NCBI GenBank assembly: GCA_036229005.1
Contig: JAZAMN010000002.1
Location: 41,555 to 105,554, forward strand
From: Myxococcota bacterium
GTDB taxonomy: Bacteria; Myxococcota_A; UBA796; CAJQPC01
Reading direction: 5' to 3'
DNA: 64,000 nucleotides
The notes beneath the pieces were generated by a model. That model ran no database searches. It was not told the DNA's origin and was given only the letters and a program-made list of their open reading frames with translations. Position numbers and translations under genes: made by a program. Below, piece by piece: positions 9,297 to 19,650 of this stretch; position 1 is the stretch's first letter, and each line of letters opens with the position of its first letter.

Positions 9297-12200
9297 TCAG
9301 TCCTGGAGCAGCGCGCGCACCCGCTCTTCCGCGACCATGAAGGCGGCCACGTTGTTCGCGCGCGCGAGCACCGCGTCCGTCCCGGCCCGCAGGCGCTTGA
9401 GGTCGCCCCAGACCAGGCGGTGGCTGAGGCGCTCGACGTTCAGGCGCAGGTCGCCGGTCAGGGGGGTCTTGGAGATGACCTCGCGCAGCAGCAGCAGGTA
9501 GCGGTTGCGGACCATGCCCATGGCCACGTTGTCCCACTTGTTGCTGGCGATGTAGTCCTCGACCTTGGTGACGCCCCCGAGCAGCCCGGAGGCTTCTCCG
9601 ATGGCCAGGAAGCGCACCATGGCGTCCCGGTCGGAGTCGCCGTTGTTGGCCTGCAGCCGGGCGATCTCGTAGGCGAAGGTGATGTTGTCCATCGCCACCA
9701 CCCGCTCCGCGACGTTGAGCGGCAACCCCTTGTCCACGAAGCTCTGGACGACCTGGGGATCGTAGGTGCTCAGGCTGCGGGCGTGTCGGCCCACGCGGCT
9801 GAGCAGCGACTGCGCCTTCTCGAGCTGCTCCAGGGTGGGGATGCTCTCGCCGGGGCTCATCCAGGTCGCGCAGAGGCGCGCGATGGAGCGGGTGACCCGG
9901 GCCCAGGCGTCGTAGCGGGTCTGCAGCGGCGCGCCGGTCTTGTTGATGGCGCTGCGCAGGGTGTTGATGCGGAAGGCCTTGGCCGCCCGGAGGAAGCCGC
10001 CCATGATCTCGCCGGGGTGGCGGGGGGCCAGATCCAGCATCATCGGGAAGAAGGTGGCCCCCATGTCCGCGACCGTCTCGGTCAGGGACACGGTCATGCC
10101 GATCTCCTTGGCCAGCATGTGGCCCTCGACGCGCTCGGGCCAGGTCAGCCGCACCTTCTTGGGGAAGTAGCCCAGGAGGCGCTGATCAAAATCGGGGATC
10201 CAGGCGGGCTCCGCGTCGTGCAGCGCGCGGTAGACATGCATCTTGACGTGACTGGAGAGCACCGCCAGCTCTGGGCGGCTCAGGCCGGCGCCCGCCTCCC
10301 GGCGGCGGAAGAGCGCGTCGCTGCCCGGCAGGGTGAGGGCCGAGCGGCTGGGGCTGCCCTGCTCCTGGATCCAGGAGATGGTGCGGCCGAAGCTGAAGGG
10401 GTCATCGATGGAGCGGATGCGGTCGATCGAGAGCTGGCGGGCGTGGGCGTCGTTGTTCGCGAGCACCGAGCGGGTGACGGATCGGGTGAGCTCCGCGATC
10501 AGCTCGTTGCGCTGCTCGACGTTGACCACCTGATCCCGGACCAGGCCGCCCAGGAGGATCTTGAGGTTGACCTCGTGGTCGGACATGTCGACGCCGCCGG
10601 AGTTGTCGACAAAGTCGGTGTTCAGGCGGCCGCCGTTGAGGCCGTACTGAACGCGCGCCGCCGCCGTGAACGAGAGGTTCGCGCCCTCGCCCACGGCCCG
10701 GGCCCGGATCTCGTCCGCGTTGATGCGCAGGCGGTCGTTGGGCGGGTCATCGGCGTGCTCGTGGGTCTCCCAGCCGGCCTTGAAGTAGGTTCCGATGCCG
10801 CCGCACCACAGCAGGTCCACCTCCATGCGGAGGATCAGGCGGATGACCGCCTCGGGCGGCAGCTCATCCTTGAGGGTGCCCAGCATGGCCTTGGCCTGGG
10901 GGCTCAGGCGGATGCTCTTGGCCTTGCGGTCGAACACGCCGCCGCCCTCGGAGATCTTGCTGGTGTCGTAGCCATCCCAGCCGCGCACCGCGCGGAACAG
11001 GCGCTTGCGCTCCTTGTAGGAGCTCTCCGCGTCGGGCTCGGGGTCCAGGAAGATGTGCAGGTGGTTGAACGCCGCCCGCAGCTTCATGGTCGGGTACTCG
11101 ATCACACCGTTGCCGAACACATCGCCGCCGGTGTCCCCCACGCCGATGGCGGTGAAGGTGTCGGTGCTGGGGTCCAGGCCCATCTCCAGGAAGTGGCGGT
11201 TCACGCACTCCCAGGCGCCGCGGGCCGTGATGCCCACCTTCTTGTGGTCGTAGCCGTGGCTACCGCCCGACGCGAAGGCGTCCCCCAGCCAGAAGTCGTA
11301 CTCGTCGACCGCGACCTGGTTGGCGGTGTCGGAGAGGTGCGCGGTGCCCTTGTCCGCCGCGACCACCAGGTAGGGATCCCGGCCCCCATCGTGCATCACC
11401 ACCTGCGGCGGGTTGATGACCTCGCTCCCCCGATAGTTGTCGGTGACGTCGAGCAGGCCCCGGATGAACCAGCGGTAGAGCTCATCGGCCTTGCGGCGCC
11501 GCTCAGCCCGGTCATTGATGGTCTTGCGGATGCGGAAACCACCCTTGGCGCCCTCGGGCACGATGACCACGTTCTTGACCATCTGGGTGGTGACCAGGCC
11601 CATGATCTCCACGCGGTAGTCCACGCGGTCGGACCAGCGCAGGCCACCGCGAGCGACCGGGCCGCCGCGGAAGTGCAGGCCCTCCATCTCGGGGTGGTGC
11701 ACGTAGATCTCGTACATCAGCCGGGGCTCAGGGACGAGCCCCTCGAGCTGGGCGTGCTCGATCTTGTAGGAGATGTACCAGGCCTTGCGGTCGCTGCGGA
11801 AGAAGTTGGTGCGCACCGTCCCCTGCATCAGCCGGAACAGAGAGCGCAGGGCGTAGTCCTCGTCGCCGTCGAACACGCGGCGGAGCCCGTCCTGGACCGC
11901 GTCGGCGGCCTTGGCCATCTTGCCCTTCCGGGCGCTCTCGCTGATCTCCGGGTCGAAGCGGGCGTGGAAGTACCCGACCAGGCGGCCCAGCATCTTGGGG
12001 TGCGCCAGCAGGATGCCCCCCAGGCGCTCGCTGCTCAGGCGCAGGCCGAGCTGGTTGAGGTGGCCGTGGTAGGCGCGCACCAGGTCGACATCCTTCCAGG
12101 ACAGCCCCGAACGCAGGACCAGCCCGTTGAGGCGGTCATCGGGGCACTGCTTGGTGAACACCGCCTCAAGAGCCTCGACCAACAGCTCCCCGCGGGCCAG

Positions 12201-13985
12201 CAGCTCCTCGGGCTCCATCCCGAAGGCGCCGTGCAGACGGAAGGTATCCATCTCCCGGGCCGGGCAGTTCTCGGGGGTCACCTTGTCGGCGAACTGGTCG
12301 ATGACGACGAGCCCGAAGTTGTCCAGCACCGGCAGGGCGTCGGACAGGATGATCGAGCCCACCTGATACAGCCGCAGATACATGTCCCCGCGGTACTGGA
12401 ACACCGTCGCCGTGACGGGACGCACGCCGGCCTCCAGCTTCTCCAGGTGCAGGATGTCGCGGCGGGCGCGCTTGGGCGTGGCCCAGGACTGGTAGTCCGG
12501 CTCGAAGGCGTCGGAGTACTTGGCGAACAGCCGCTCGGTGGTCTCCTCGTCGTAGTCCTCGGACAGCACGTCGTAGAGGCGGTTGTCCCAGGGGGTGGCC
12601 AGCTCCACCAGGCGGTCGTGTAGCGCCTCGGCCTGCTCATCCTCCAGGCGCCGCGCGCCGGTCAGGTAGTAGTGGACCAGGACGGTCTGGTAGCGGCCGA
12701 CCAGCACGCCGTGGTCGGAGTAGGTCGCGCCGGTGGACTCGTGCAGCACGTTCTCCATGCGCACGCGGGTCTCCTCGGCGTACTGGGCCCGGGGCATCGC
12801 GACGAGCACGAAGGTGATGCCGGACTTCTGCACCAGGAACACCTGGACCTGCTGCCCGGCCTCCGCGTCCAGGACGCGGTCCACCATCCCCGTGATCTCC
12901 TCGATCGTGGCGGTGAACAGGTACTCCGTGGGGAGGCTGTCGAACACGTTGGCCACGCCCTTGTAGCGCCAGCTCCCGGGCCGCGCGGTCTCCAGGGACA
13001 GGACCTGGGCCAGGATGCGGCGCAGGATGGGCACGCTGCGGGAGGGCTGGGTCACAGCGCGGAAGGTGAACATGCCGCGCATCACGAGCACGTGCTGGGG
13101 CTCACCCGCCTCGTCCGGCACCAACACCCGGATCTCGTCCACCCGGCCGGCGCGGTGCACCGGCGACTCCCGATGGCCCTTGACGACCTGAACCGGGGTC
13201 TCATCGAACTCGGCATCGTCCAGGCCGGGCGCGGCGATGTGCTCCCAGTGGGCGGAGACACACTCGGCCTCGAAGCCCAGGCGGCGGCCGGTGCCGTCAG
13301 CCAGCCCCATGAACACGAAGTTGTCGGCGAGCAGCCAGCGCAGGAACTCGGAGGCCTCGCGGAAGTGGCCTTTCCCTTCGGTGTCGCGCGCGTCCAGGCG
13401 GGCGTAGAGGCTGGCCACCCGATCCACGGCGGCGGTCATCTCAGCAAAGTCCCGCACCATGGAGCGCGCCAGGCGCAGGTTGCCCTTGAGCGTGGTGTCC
13501 AGGTGATCCAGCTCCGCCGAAGGCACGCCGCTGATCTCGAACTCGGTCACCGACTCCAGCTCGTCCTCGTTGTCGCCCAGGCGCAGCATGCGGCCGCTCT
13601 CGTCGCGCCCCACCGGCATCACGGCGTTGAACCCAGACTCGTGCTGGGCCCCGACCTGCTCCAGCAGCAGGCGGATGGTGTCGACGATGAAGGGCTGATC
13701 CAACATCGAGGTGCGCAGCACCGCCGGCCCGTGCTCGCTGCGGACCAGCTCCGTCTCGATCTCGTCCTCCTTCCGGACCAGCGCCACCTTGAACGCTGAC
13801 AGCAGCGCCTGGGGAACCTGCTTTGCGCCATAGCGGGCGATGTAGGGCTCGCGGAGCTGCGTGGCGACGGTGCGGGCGAACTCCCGGAACAGGCCCTGCT
13901 CGTCTTCGGGGAGAGAGGCCAGCGCCTCCTTGGCGTGGGCCATCACCTTTCGGGCGCGGTTTGCGGACTTGCTCTGACGGTTCAT
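9297..13985 (-). CDS. gdh: Large NAD-specific glutamate dehydrogenase
   Basis: ARGGLRWSDR, KNVVIVPEGAKGGF, DPYLVVAADKGTA, DAFASGGS, GEGANL, SDHEVNLKI. Confidence 0.95.
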   Translation of the reverse strand: MNRQSKSANRARKVMAHAKEALASLPEDEQGLFREFARTVATQLREPYIARYGAKQVPQALLSAFKVALVRKEDEIETELVRSEHGPAVLRTSMLDQPFIVDTIRLLLEQVGAQHESGFNAVMPVGRDESGRMLRLGDNEDELESVTEFEISGVPSAELDHLDTTLKGNLRLARSMVRDFAEMTAAVDRVASLYARLDARDTEGKGHFREASEFLRWLLADNFVFMGLADGTGRRLGFEAECVSAHWEHIAAPGLDDAEFDETPVQVVKGHRESPVHRAGRVDEIRVLVPDEAGEPQHVLVMRGMFTFRAVTQPSRSVPILRRILAQVLSLETARPGSWRYKGVANVFDSLPTEYLFTATIEEITGMVDRVLDAEAGQQVQVFLVQKSGITFVLVAMPRAQYAEETRVRMENVLHESTGATYSDHGVLVGRYQTVLVHYYLTGARRLEDEQAEALHDRLVELATPWDNRLYDVLSEDYDEETTERLFAKYSDAFEPDYQSWATPKRARRDILHLEKLEAGVRPVTATVFQYRGDMYLRLYQVGSIILSDALPVLDNFGLVVIDQFADKVTPENCPAREMDTFRLHGAFGMEPEELLARGELLVEALEAVFTKQCPDDRLNGLVLRSGLSWKDVDLVRAYHGHLNQLGLRLSSERLGGILLAHPKMLGRLVGYFHARFDPEISESARKGKMAKAADAVQDGLRRVFDGDEDYALRSLFRLMQGTVRTNFFRSDRKAWYISYKIEHAQLEGLVPEPRLMYEIYVHHPEMEGLHFRGGPVARGGLRWSDRVDYRVEIMGLVTTQMVKNVVIVPEGAKGGFRIRKTINDRAERRRKADELYRWFIRGLLDVTDNYRGSEVINPPQVVMHDGGRDPYLVVAADKGTAHLSDTANQVAVDEYDFWLGDAFASGGSHGYDHKKVGITARGAWECVNRHFLEMGLDPSTDTFTAIGVGDTGGDVFGNGVIEYPTMKLRAAFNHLHIFLDPEPDAESSYKERKRLFRAVRGWDGYDTSKISEGGGVFDRKAKSIRLSPQAKAMLGTLKDELPPEAVIRLILRMEVDLLWCGGIGTYFKAGWETHEHADDPPNDRLRINADEIRARAVGEGANLSFTAAARVQYGLNGGRLNTDFVDNSGGVDMSDHEVNLKILLGGLVRDQVVNVEQRNELIAELTRSVTRSVLANNDAHARQLSIDRIRSIDDPFSFGRTISWIQEQGSPSRSALTLPGSDALFRRREAGAGLSRPELAVLSSHVKMHVYRALHDAEPAWIPDFDQRLLGYFPKKVRLTWPERVEGHMLAKEIGMTVSLTETVADMGATFFPMMLDLAPRHPGEIMGGFLRAAKAFRINTLRSAINKTGAPLQTRYDAWARVTRSIARLCATWMSPGESIPTLEQLEKAQSLLSRVGRHARSLSTYDPQVVQSFVDKGLPLNVAERVVAMDNITFAYEIARLQANNGDSDRDAMVRFLAIGEASGLLGGVTKVEDYIASNKWDNVAMGMVRNRYLLLLREVISKTPLTGDLRLNVERLSHRLVWGDLKRLRAGTDAVLARANNVAAFMVAEERVRALLQD

Positions 13986-14060
13986 TGCTTCACCTGGGGC
14001 AGGTTCTTTCAAGGTGCCCAAGACCCTAACGCAGGTTCAGAATCCGTCCTCCCGGAGCTG

Positions 14061-15002
14061 TCAGGGTTCGGCCACATCCACCGCCGACGAGGGGTAGAGC
14101 GCCCACGCGTCCCCCTCTCGAAACTCGACCACACCGAGCTTCCCGCCGTAGTGTGAAGAGATCCCCAGGTCGATTCCCAGCAGCGCGCCGCCGCAGCGCT
14201 CCGCCACCTGTCCGGTTCGCTGGGTGGTGTGACCGACCACCATCCGCCGCGCCCCCAGGGTCCCCAGCGCCTGCTGCAGCTCCAGGCAGGCCCGCTCGCT
14301 GCCGCTGACGTAGTCCCGGTACCAGATCGGCGAGTCCGTCCCGAGCTGACTGGGCGGCAGCCGCCCCTGCACCACCCCCGCCGCGAGCGCGTTCATGCTC
14401 TCTACCCCCAGCTTGGCGAACCCCGGCGTGATCCCCCCGTGCACGAACACCGTGTCTCCCACCTGCGCGACCATCGGGCGCTCCCGCAGCCACGCCCCCA
14501 GCGTCCCCTGCGCCGAGAAGGCCTGCTGCCGCGCCTCAACGCTCCCGAAGTCGGCCACGTCGCCCTCACTCACGTAGCGCCAGTCGCCCGTCAGGTTCAT
14601 CACCTCGTGGTTGCCCAGCAGCACGATGACCTCGCCCCCAGCGGCCGCCGCCTCCCCCTGCAGGCGCATCAGCAGCTCCAGCACCTCCTTGGAGTCCGGG
14701 CCCCGATCCGTCTGATCCCCCGTCTGCACCAGCACGGCCTCACCGCCCACCCAGTGGCCCTCCGCGTCGCTCAATCCCGCGAGCTGCAGCACCGCCAGGG
14801 TCTGAGGCAGATCTGCGTGCAGATCCCCGATCGCCACAACCCTCTGGGGCCAGGGGTCCCAAGACACCTCTGCAGCTCCCGGTGTCGGCGAGGTCACCTC
14901 GGCGCGGACCGCTTCGACAGCGGCCGCCGAGGGCGCCGCGGGCTGAGGCTGGGAGGGGGTGGTGCGCGTGCAGGCGAGGGCCAACCACAGGGCGGCGGAC
15001 AT
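14061..15002 (-). CDS. Shewanella-like metallophosphoesterase, lipoprotein
   Basis: GDLH, GDQTDRG, LGNHE, FVHGG, VGHT; signal MSAALWLALAC. Confidence 0.9.
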   Translation of the reverse strand: MSAALWLALACTRTTPSQPQPAAPSAAAVEAVRAEVTSPTPGAAEVSWDPWPQRVVAIGDLHADLPQTLAVLQLAGLSDAEGHWVGGEAVLVQTGDQTDRGPDSKEVLELLMRLQGEAAAAGGEVIVLLGNHEVMNLTGDWRYVSEGDVADFGSVEARQQAFSAQGTLGAWLRERPMVAQVGDTVFVHGGITPGFAKLGVESMNALAAGVVQGRLPPSQLGTDSPIWYRDYVSGSERACLELQQALGTLGARRMVVGHTTQRTGQVAERCGGALLGIDLGISSHYGGKLGVVEFREGDAWALYPSSAVDVAEP

Positions 15003-15070
15003 GGGTGCTCCGGGCAGAGGGCTCTGGGAGGGGCTACGCTGATTGCAGCACATCCGTGCGGAGGAGGACC

Positions 15071-16384
15071 ATGGACAGCGAGGATCCCAAGCTGCTGCCC
15101 GCCCTGGAGCGACTGGCAGAGCTGGCCCAGCAGAAGGGCGCGAGCGACGTGGAGCTTCTGGACCTGCGCTGGCAGGCCAGCAGCGTCGAGGTGCGGGACG
15201 GCCGCGCCGGCCCCACACAGCACACCCGGGGCACCATCCTCCGGGGCCGCGTCTACGCCGGCGAGGGCCAGGTCGCTGGCTTCGCCACCAAGGATCCGGC
15301 CCGCGCCACCGAGGCGCTCTCCGACGCGCTCCTGCGCGCCCGCAGCATGGCCCCTGCCCCCGCGGCCGCTCCCGCCGAGCGCTTCCCCATCAGCGAGCGC
15401 GGCCAGGGCTTGGACGACCGTCGCTACGGCCAGATCTCCGATCGCGAGCGCGCCGAGGTCGCCCTGGAGAACTTCTCCGGCTGCGACCTCAAGGGCGTCC
15501 ACTGCCTGGGCGCTGACTACAACGACAACCGCAACCTGCGGGCCTTCTTCTCCACCCGGGGCATCGCGACCACCAACAGCGACACCCGCTACGACGTGCG
15601 CGTGCGCGCGAGCCTGGCGGACGGCAGCCACGAGACCTCCTTCCAGGCGGCCGGACGCGCCTTCGCGTCCATCGGCGTCCTCCCCTACGGGCGCGATCTC
15701 GCCGAGCGCCTCAAGGAGCTCGCCGCCACCCCGGTCCCCTTCCCCGGCGGAGACCCCGCCATCGTGCTGGAGCCCGAGGTCCTCTCCACCCTCGTGCACC
15801 AGCTCGGCCCCGCGTTCTGCGCCGACCGGGTGCAGGCCGGCGCCTCCTTCCTCTCCGGCCACGACGGCCCCCTGGGCAGCGACCGCGTCAGCCTGATCGA
15901 CGACGGCAGCCTGCACGGCGCGCTGCTCGCCCGGGCCTTCGACGATCGCGGCGTGCCCCCCATGCCCGTGCCCCTGATCCGGGACGGCGCGCTCGGGGGC
16001 CTCCTTCACAGCCCTGAGACCGCCCGCGAGGGCCAGGCCCGCCCCACCGGGCACGTCCTGGACGGCAACCTCTCCCCCAGCAACCTGCTGCTGCGCCCCG
16101 GGCGCCGCAGCCGCACCCAGATGCTCGGCGAGGTCCCGCTGGCCCTGCAGTTCGACCGCCTGGACGGCGAGCTGGATCTGCGCACCGGGCGCTTCGAGTA
16201 CCGCGGCCCCGCCTGGATCCTCGAGGCCGGCAAGCGCCGCGGACGAGTCGCTCAGGCCGTGCTCCGAGGCCACATCACCGAGCTCTTGGCCGGCGTGAAG
16301 GAGCTGGCCAACAACCAGCGCCGCACCCTGGACGTGGACTGCGCCACCGCCGTGATCACCGACTTCCCGGTGAGCGCCGAGTAG
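15071..16384 (+). CDS. TldE/PmbA-like metallopeptidase subunit
   Basis: RAFDDRGVP, PTGH, SPSNL; no HE catalytic motif; RBS GAGGAGG. Confidence 0.8.
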   Translation: MDSEDPKLLPALERLAELAQQKGASDVELLDLRWQASSVEVRDGRAGPTQHTRGTILRGRVYAGEGQVAGFATKDPARATEALSDALLRARSMAPAPAAAPAERFPISERGQGLDDRRYGQISDRERAEVALENFSGCDLKGVHCLGADYNDNRNLRAFFSTRGIATTNSDTRYDVRVRASLADGSHETSFQAAGRAFASIGVLPYGRDLAERLKELAATPVPFPGGDPAIVLEPEVLSTLVHQLGPAFCADRVQAGASFLSGHDGPLGSDRVSLIDDGSLHGALLARAFDDRGVPPMPVPLIRDGALGGLLHSPETAREGQARPTGHVLDGNLSPSNLLLRPGRRSRTQMLGEVPLALQFDRLDGELDLRTGRFEYRGPAWILEAGKRRGRVAQAVLRGHITELLAGVKELANNQRRTLDVDCATAVITDFPVSAE

Positions 16385-16426
16385 CCCCCGAAGCCGAGCC
16401 TCCCAAGCGGGGCTCCATCTGGGCCG

Positions 16427-17428
16427 TCAGCGCAGGATCTGGTGCATCGCCCCGAGCTGGCTGTGCACCGACCGCGCGAGCGCGAGCTGCCCCTGACCCC
16501 GGAGCAGGTTGTGCGCGCCGCGGGTCGGCGCGACCTTGGGATTCCACCCAAAGTAGCGCTCCTCCAATGCGTCACACAGAAAGCGCGCGGACAGCTCCAG
16601 GCAGATGCGCTCCACGCCAAAGGGCAGCAGCACGCGCTGCCAGGACTCCAGCGGCCGCTCCGCCAGGTAGCCCCGGGCGCTGGCCTCGAAGAGCTCCAGA
16701 TCAAAGCGCGTCTCCGCGGCGTCTTCGGCCGCCGGGTTGCACCAGCTCCGCCAGGCATCGCCCAGCTCTACGCTCAGGGGCAGCCGCCCCATCGTGTCCA
16801 GGTCCAGCAGACAGATCCCCTGCCCGGCCTCGTCAAAGCGCAGGTTGGAGATCTTGAGGTCGCCGTGGGCGACCGCCGTCGGCTCGTCCAGCTCCCCCTG
16901 CCAGCGCTCCCAGAGCCCCAGCACCTCCTGCGCCAGCGGGGCGACCTGGTCGTGGAGCCGGTGATCCTTGTGGGCGTCCAGCGCCTGCTGCAGCAGCTCC
17001 ATGTGGTGCGGCGTGTGGTGGGCCAGCGGGCGGGAGAACACGAACTCGTGCTCCAGGTCGCTCACAGCGTGGTGCCATCGGGCCACCAGCGCGCCAGCCG
17101 CCGCCGCGAGCGCCGGGTCGGACACCTTGTGCACGCTGCGCCCGGGGACCCAGGTCAGCGCCCGCCAGGGCCCCTGCTCGGTCTCCACCCACAGCCTGCC
17201 GTCGGCTGCGGGAATCACCCGGGGCGTGCACATGCCCTTGGCGGCCAGGTGCGCCGTCACCGCCGCGATGTCCTCGTTGACGCGCCCCGGGAACACCGGG
17301 TGCAGCTTCTGGACGACCGCAACAGGCGGTGTGCCCACCGCGTACGTCTCGTTGATCAGCCCGCCATCCAGGGGCTGATGTGGCAGTGAGCACAGCTCAC
17401 TCCACGCTTGCAGGGGAGGTCTGGACAT
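16427..17428 (-). CDS. APH/choline-kinase-like phosphotransferase (N-acetylhexosamine kinase-like)
   Basis: GGLINETY, HGDLKISN, LLDLDT, LGDAWRSW. Confidence 0.85.
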   Translation of the reverse strand: MSRPPLQAWSELCSLPHQPLDGGLINETYAVGTPPVAVVQKLHPVFPGRVNEDIAAVTAHLAAKGMCTPRVIPAADGRLWVETEQGPWRALTWVPGRSVHKVSDPALAAAAGALVARWHHAVSDLEHEFVFSRPLAHHTPHHMELLQQALDAHKDHRLHDQVAPLAQEVLGLWERWQGELDEPTAVAHGDLKISNLRFDEAGQGICLLDLDTMGRLPLSVELGDAWRSWCNPAAEDAAETRFDLELFEASARGYLAERPLESWQRVLLPFGVERICLELSARFLCDALEERYFGWNPKVAPTRGAHNLLRGQGQLALARSVHSQLGAMHQILR

Positions 17429-17489
17429 GACAAGAGTTGTATCACCTTCCCCTGCCCCCGCCTCCCCCGCGATTCCTCCCGGAGCCCCC

Positions 17490-18059
17490 ATGTCCCGCCT
17501 GCTGACCCTGGCCCTGTTCTCCATCATGCTCGGCGCCACCTGCCGCAAGAACAACACCGACGTCACCGTCGACCCCACCGGTGGCGTTGGCCAGACCGAC
17601 GGCAGCGAGGGCGCGGACGGCAGCAACGGGAGCGGCGGAATGGACGCCACCCCCGACCGCGACACCCCCGAGCACGTCGCCACCATCGTGGCCAACTTCT
17701 CGCGCGTCTACTTCGACTTCGACAGCTCCGAGCTGGCCCCCGAGGCCAAGGCCGCCCTGGACGCCAACGTCGCCCTCCTGCAGAAGTACCCCGACATCAA
17801 GGTGCAGATCCAGGGCCACGCCGACGAGCGCGGCACCACCGAGTACAACATGGCCCTGGGCGACCGCCGCGCCAACGAGGTCAAGACCTACCTGGCCAAC
17901 CAGGGCGTCGCCCCCAGCCGCCTGACCCTCATCTCCTACGGCGAGGAGATGCCCCTGGACGCCAGCGGCGGCGAGCGCGCCTGGTCCGTCAACCGCCGCG
18001 CCGAGTTCATCGTCACCTGGGGTGGCGACGGCCAGATCGGCTCCAGCACCGGCGAGTAG
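17490..18059 (+). CDS. pal: Peptidoglycan-associated (OmpA/Pal) lipoprotein
   Basis: VYFDFD, GHADERGTTEYNMALGDRRA, SYGEE, NRRAEF; lipobox LGATC. Confidence 0.85.
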   Translation: MSRLLTLALFSIMLGATCRKNNTDVTVDPTGGVGQTDGSEGADGSNGSGGMDATPDRDTPEHVATIVANFSRVYFDFDSSELAPEAKAALDANVALLQKYPDIKVQIQGHADERGTTEYNMALGDRRANEVKTYLANQGVAPSRLTLISYGEEMPLDASGGERAWSVNRRAEFIVTWGGDGQIGSSTGE

Positions 18060-18077
18060 TCCTGCCCGGGAGTCCCG

Positions 18078-18821
18078 ATGCCCGGCCTGCTCGACAGCCA
18101 CTGCCACCTGGACTTCCCGGCCTACGACGGCCAGCGAGACGCCCTGCTCACCCGCGCCCGAGAGGCCGGGGTGCAGGGCGTCGTCGTTCCAGCGACCCAC
18201 CCCGACACCTGGGCGCGCACCTGCAGCATGGCCGCCCTGCCCGGCGTCCGGGTCGCCCTGGGCCTGCACCCCGTGTTCATCCCCAGAGGCGGATTGGAAC
18301 CGGGTGACCTCGCTGGCGCCCTGCAGTCTCAGCTCGTGGAGAGCGGGGCGGTGGCTGTAGGTGAATGCGGGCTGCACAAGGGCCCCATCCCCTTCTCCCT
18401 CCAAGAGCAGCTCCTGCGCGTCCAGCTCCAGGTGGCCCGCGCCCTCGACCTCCCCGTCATCCTGCACTGCGTCGGCGCCCACGGACGCCTGCTGGCTCTG
18501 CTACAGGACTTCGGCCCCCTACGCGGCGTGCTGCACAGCTACTCCGGCTCGGCGGAGATGGTGCCCGCCTATGCGGCGCTCGGGCTTCACTTCTCCTTTG
18601 GCTGGCCCGTGACCTGGGAGGAAGCGCGACGGGTGCGCTCGGCGCTCTCGGCCACACCGCCTGGCCGCTTGATGGTCGAGTCCGACGGCCCAGATCTCCC
18701 CCATCGACGAGGTCACCCGTCCGCAGACCCACCCCAGCCCGCGGACGTCGCGGCGATCGCTGCGCACATGGCCGCCCTGGGCCACACGCCAGGCTGGGGG
18801 CCCTTCACCCCCTGGGACTGA
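18078..18821 (+). CDS. tatD: TatD family deoxyribonuclease
   Basis: DSHCHLD, GLHP, GECGL, LHSYSGS, ESDGP. Confidence 0.9.
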   Translation: MPGLLDSHCHLDFPAYDGQRDALLTRAREAGVQGVVVPATHPDTWARTCSMAALPGVRVALGLHPVFIPRGGLEPGDLAGALQSQLVESGAVAVGECGLHKGPIPFSLQEQLLRVQLQVARALDLPVILHCVGAHGRLLALLQDFGPLRGVLHSYSGSAEMVPAYAALGLHFSFGWPVTWEEARRVRSALSATPPGRLMVESDGPDLPHRRGHPSADPPQPADVAAIAAHMAALGHTPGWGPFTPWD

Positions 18822-18828
18822 GCGCCCC

Positions 18829-19635
18829 CTACTCGGCCTCCAGCAGCCACTCCAGCACCGCGGTGGAGAAGCGCGGTCCGTTCAGCCAAGGCGAGTGGCC
18901 GCTGTCCTCCAGCGTCCAGAGCTCCACGCGGTGGCTGCAGCCGGTGTGGCGCTCCACCGCCGTCTCGTCCTGGTTCGTGCGGGTCAGGTCCAGGCGCGCG
19001 CCGGCCTCGCTCCCGGTGCACCCCGCGCGCTCGGACCAGCGCGCCACCGAGGCCTGGGCCCCGGGGTACTCGCCCTCGCTCCCCTCGTAGAGGATGGTGG
19101 CGTCGTCCTGACCGTGCAGGTGGAGCACATCCACCGGCTCGCCCACCGCGCAGTCCGCCTCGTCCCAGGACACCGCCCCCGCCAACCCACCGATCGCGTG
19201 GATGCGGTCAGGGGCCTCGCAGGCCATCCGATAGCTCATGAAGTGGCCGTTGCTGTGGCCAAAGAAGCGCGCGCCCTCTTGGGCCCCCAGCTCCTGCTCC
19301 AGCTCGTCCTGAAGCCCGAGCAGAAAGCCCACGTCGTCGACCTCTGCCTCGGTGTTGCAGCAGAACTCCGTGGCGTCCCAGCTCTGGCGGCCGTCCTGGG
19401 GGCGCTCCAGGCCCTCGGGGAGCACCAGGTGAAAGCGCAGCGCGTCCACCTGCTCGGAGAAGCCCATGTACCAGTCCTGCCGCTCCGCGTGTGCGCCCAG
19501 GCCGTGCAGCAGGAACACCGTGGGGAGCGCCTGCCGGCCGTCCCAGTCGCTGGGGCTGATCACCTGGGTGGGGCGCTCGGCCGGCCCGATCAGGACCGGC
19601 TCAGGAGCGCAGGCGCTGAGCACAAAAATCAGCAA
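18829..19635 (-). CDS. Alpha/beta hydrolase, PHB-depolymerase/LpqP-like esterase (probable lipoprotein)
   Basis: LLHG, DDVGFL, GHSNG nucleophile motif, HGQDD, GHSP. Confidence 0.85.
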   Translation of the reverse strand: MLIFVLSACAPEPVLIGPAERPTQVISPSDWDGRQALPTVFLLHGLGAHAERQDWYMGFSEQVDALRFHLVLPEGLERPQDGRQSWDATEFCCNTEAEVDDVGFLLGLQDELEQELGAQEGARFFGHSNGHFMSYRMACEAPDRIHAIGGLAGAVSWDEADCAVGEPVDVLHLHGQDDATILYEGSEGEYPGAQASVARWSERAGCTGSEAGARLDLTRTNQDETAVERHTGCSHRVELWTLEDSGHSPWLNGPRFSTAVLEWLLEAE

Positions 19636-19650
19636 AACCCAGCTTCAACC

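Noticed and set aside
8964..12623. 1219-aa plus-strand ORF and similar long antisense ORFs (47550-50519, 57366-59615, 18895-20970)
   Set aside because: Shadow frames of high-GC genes on the opposite strand, with no motifs
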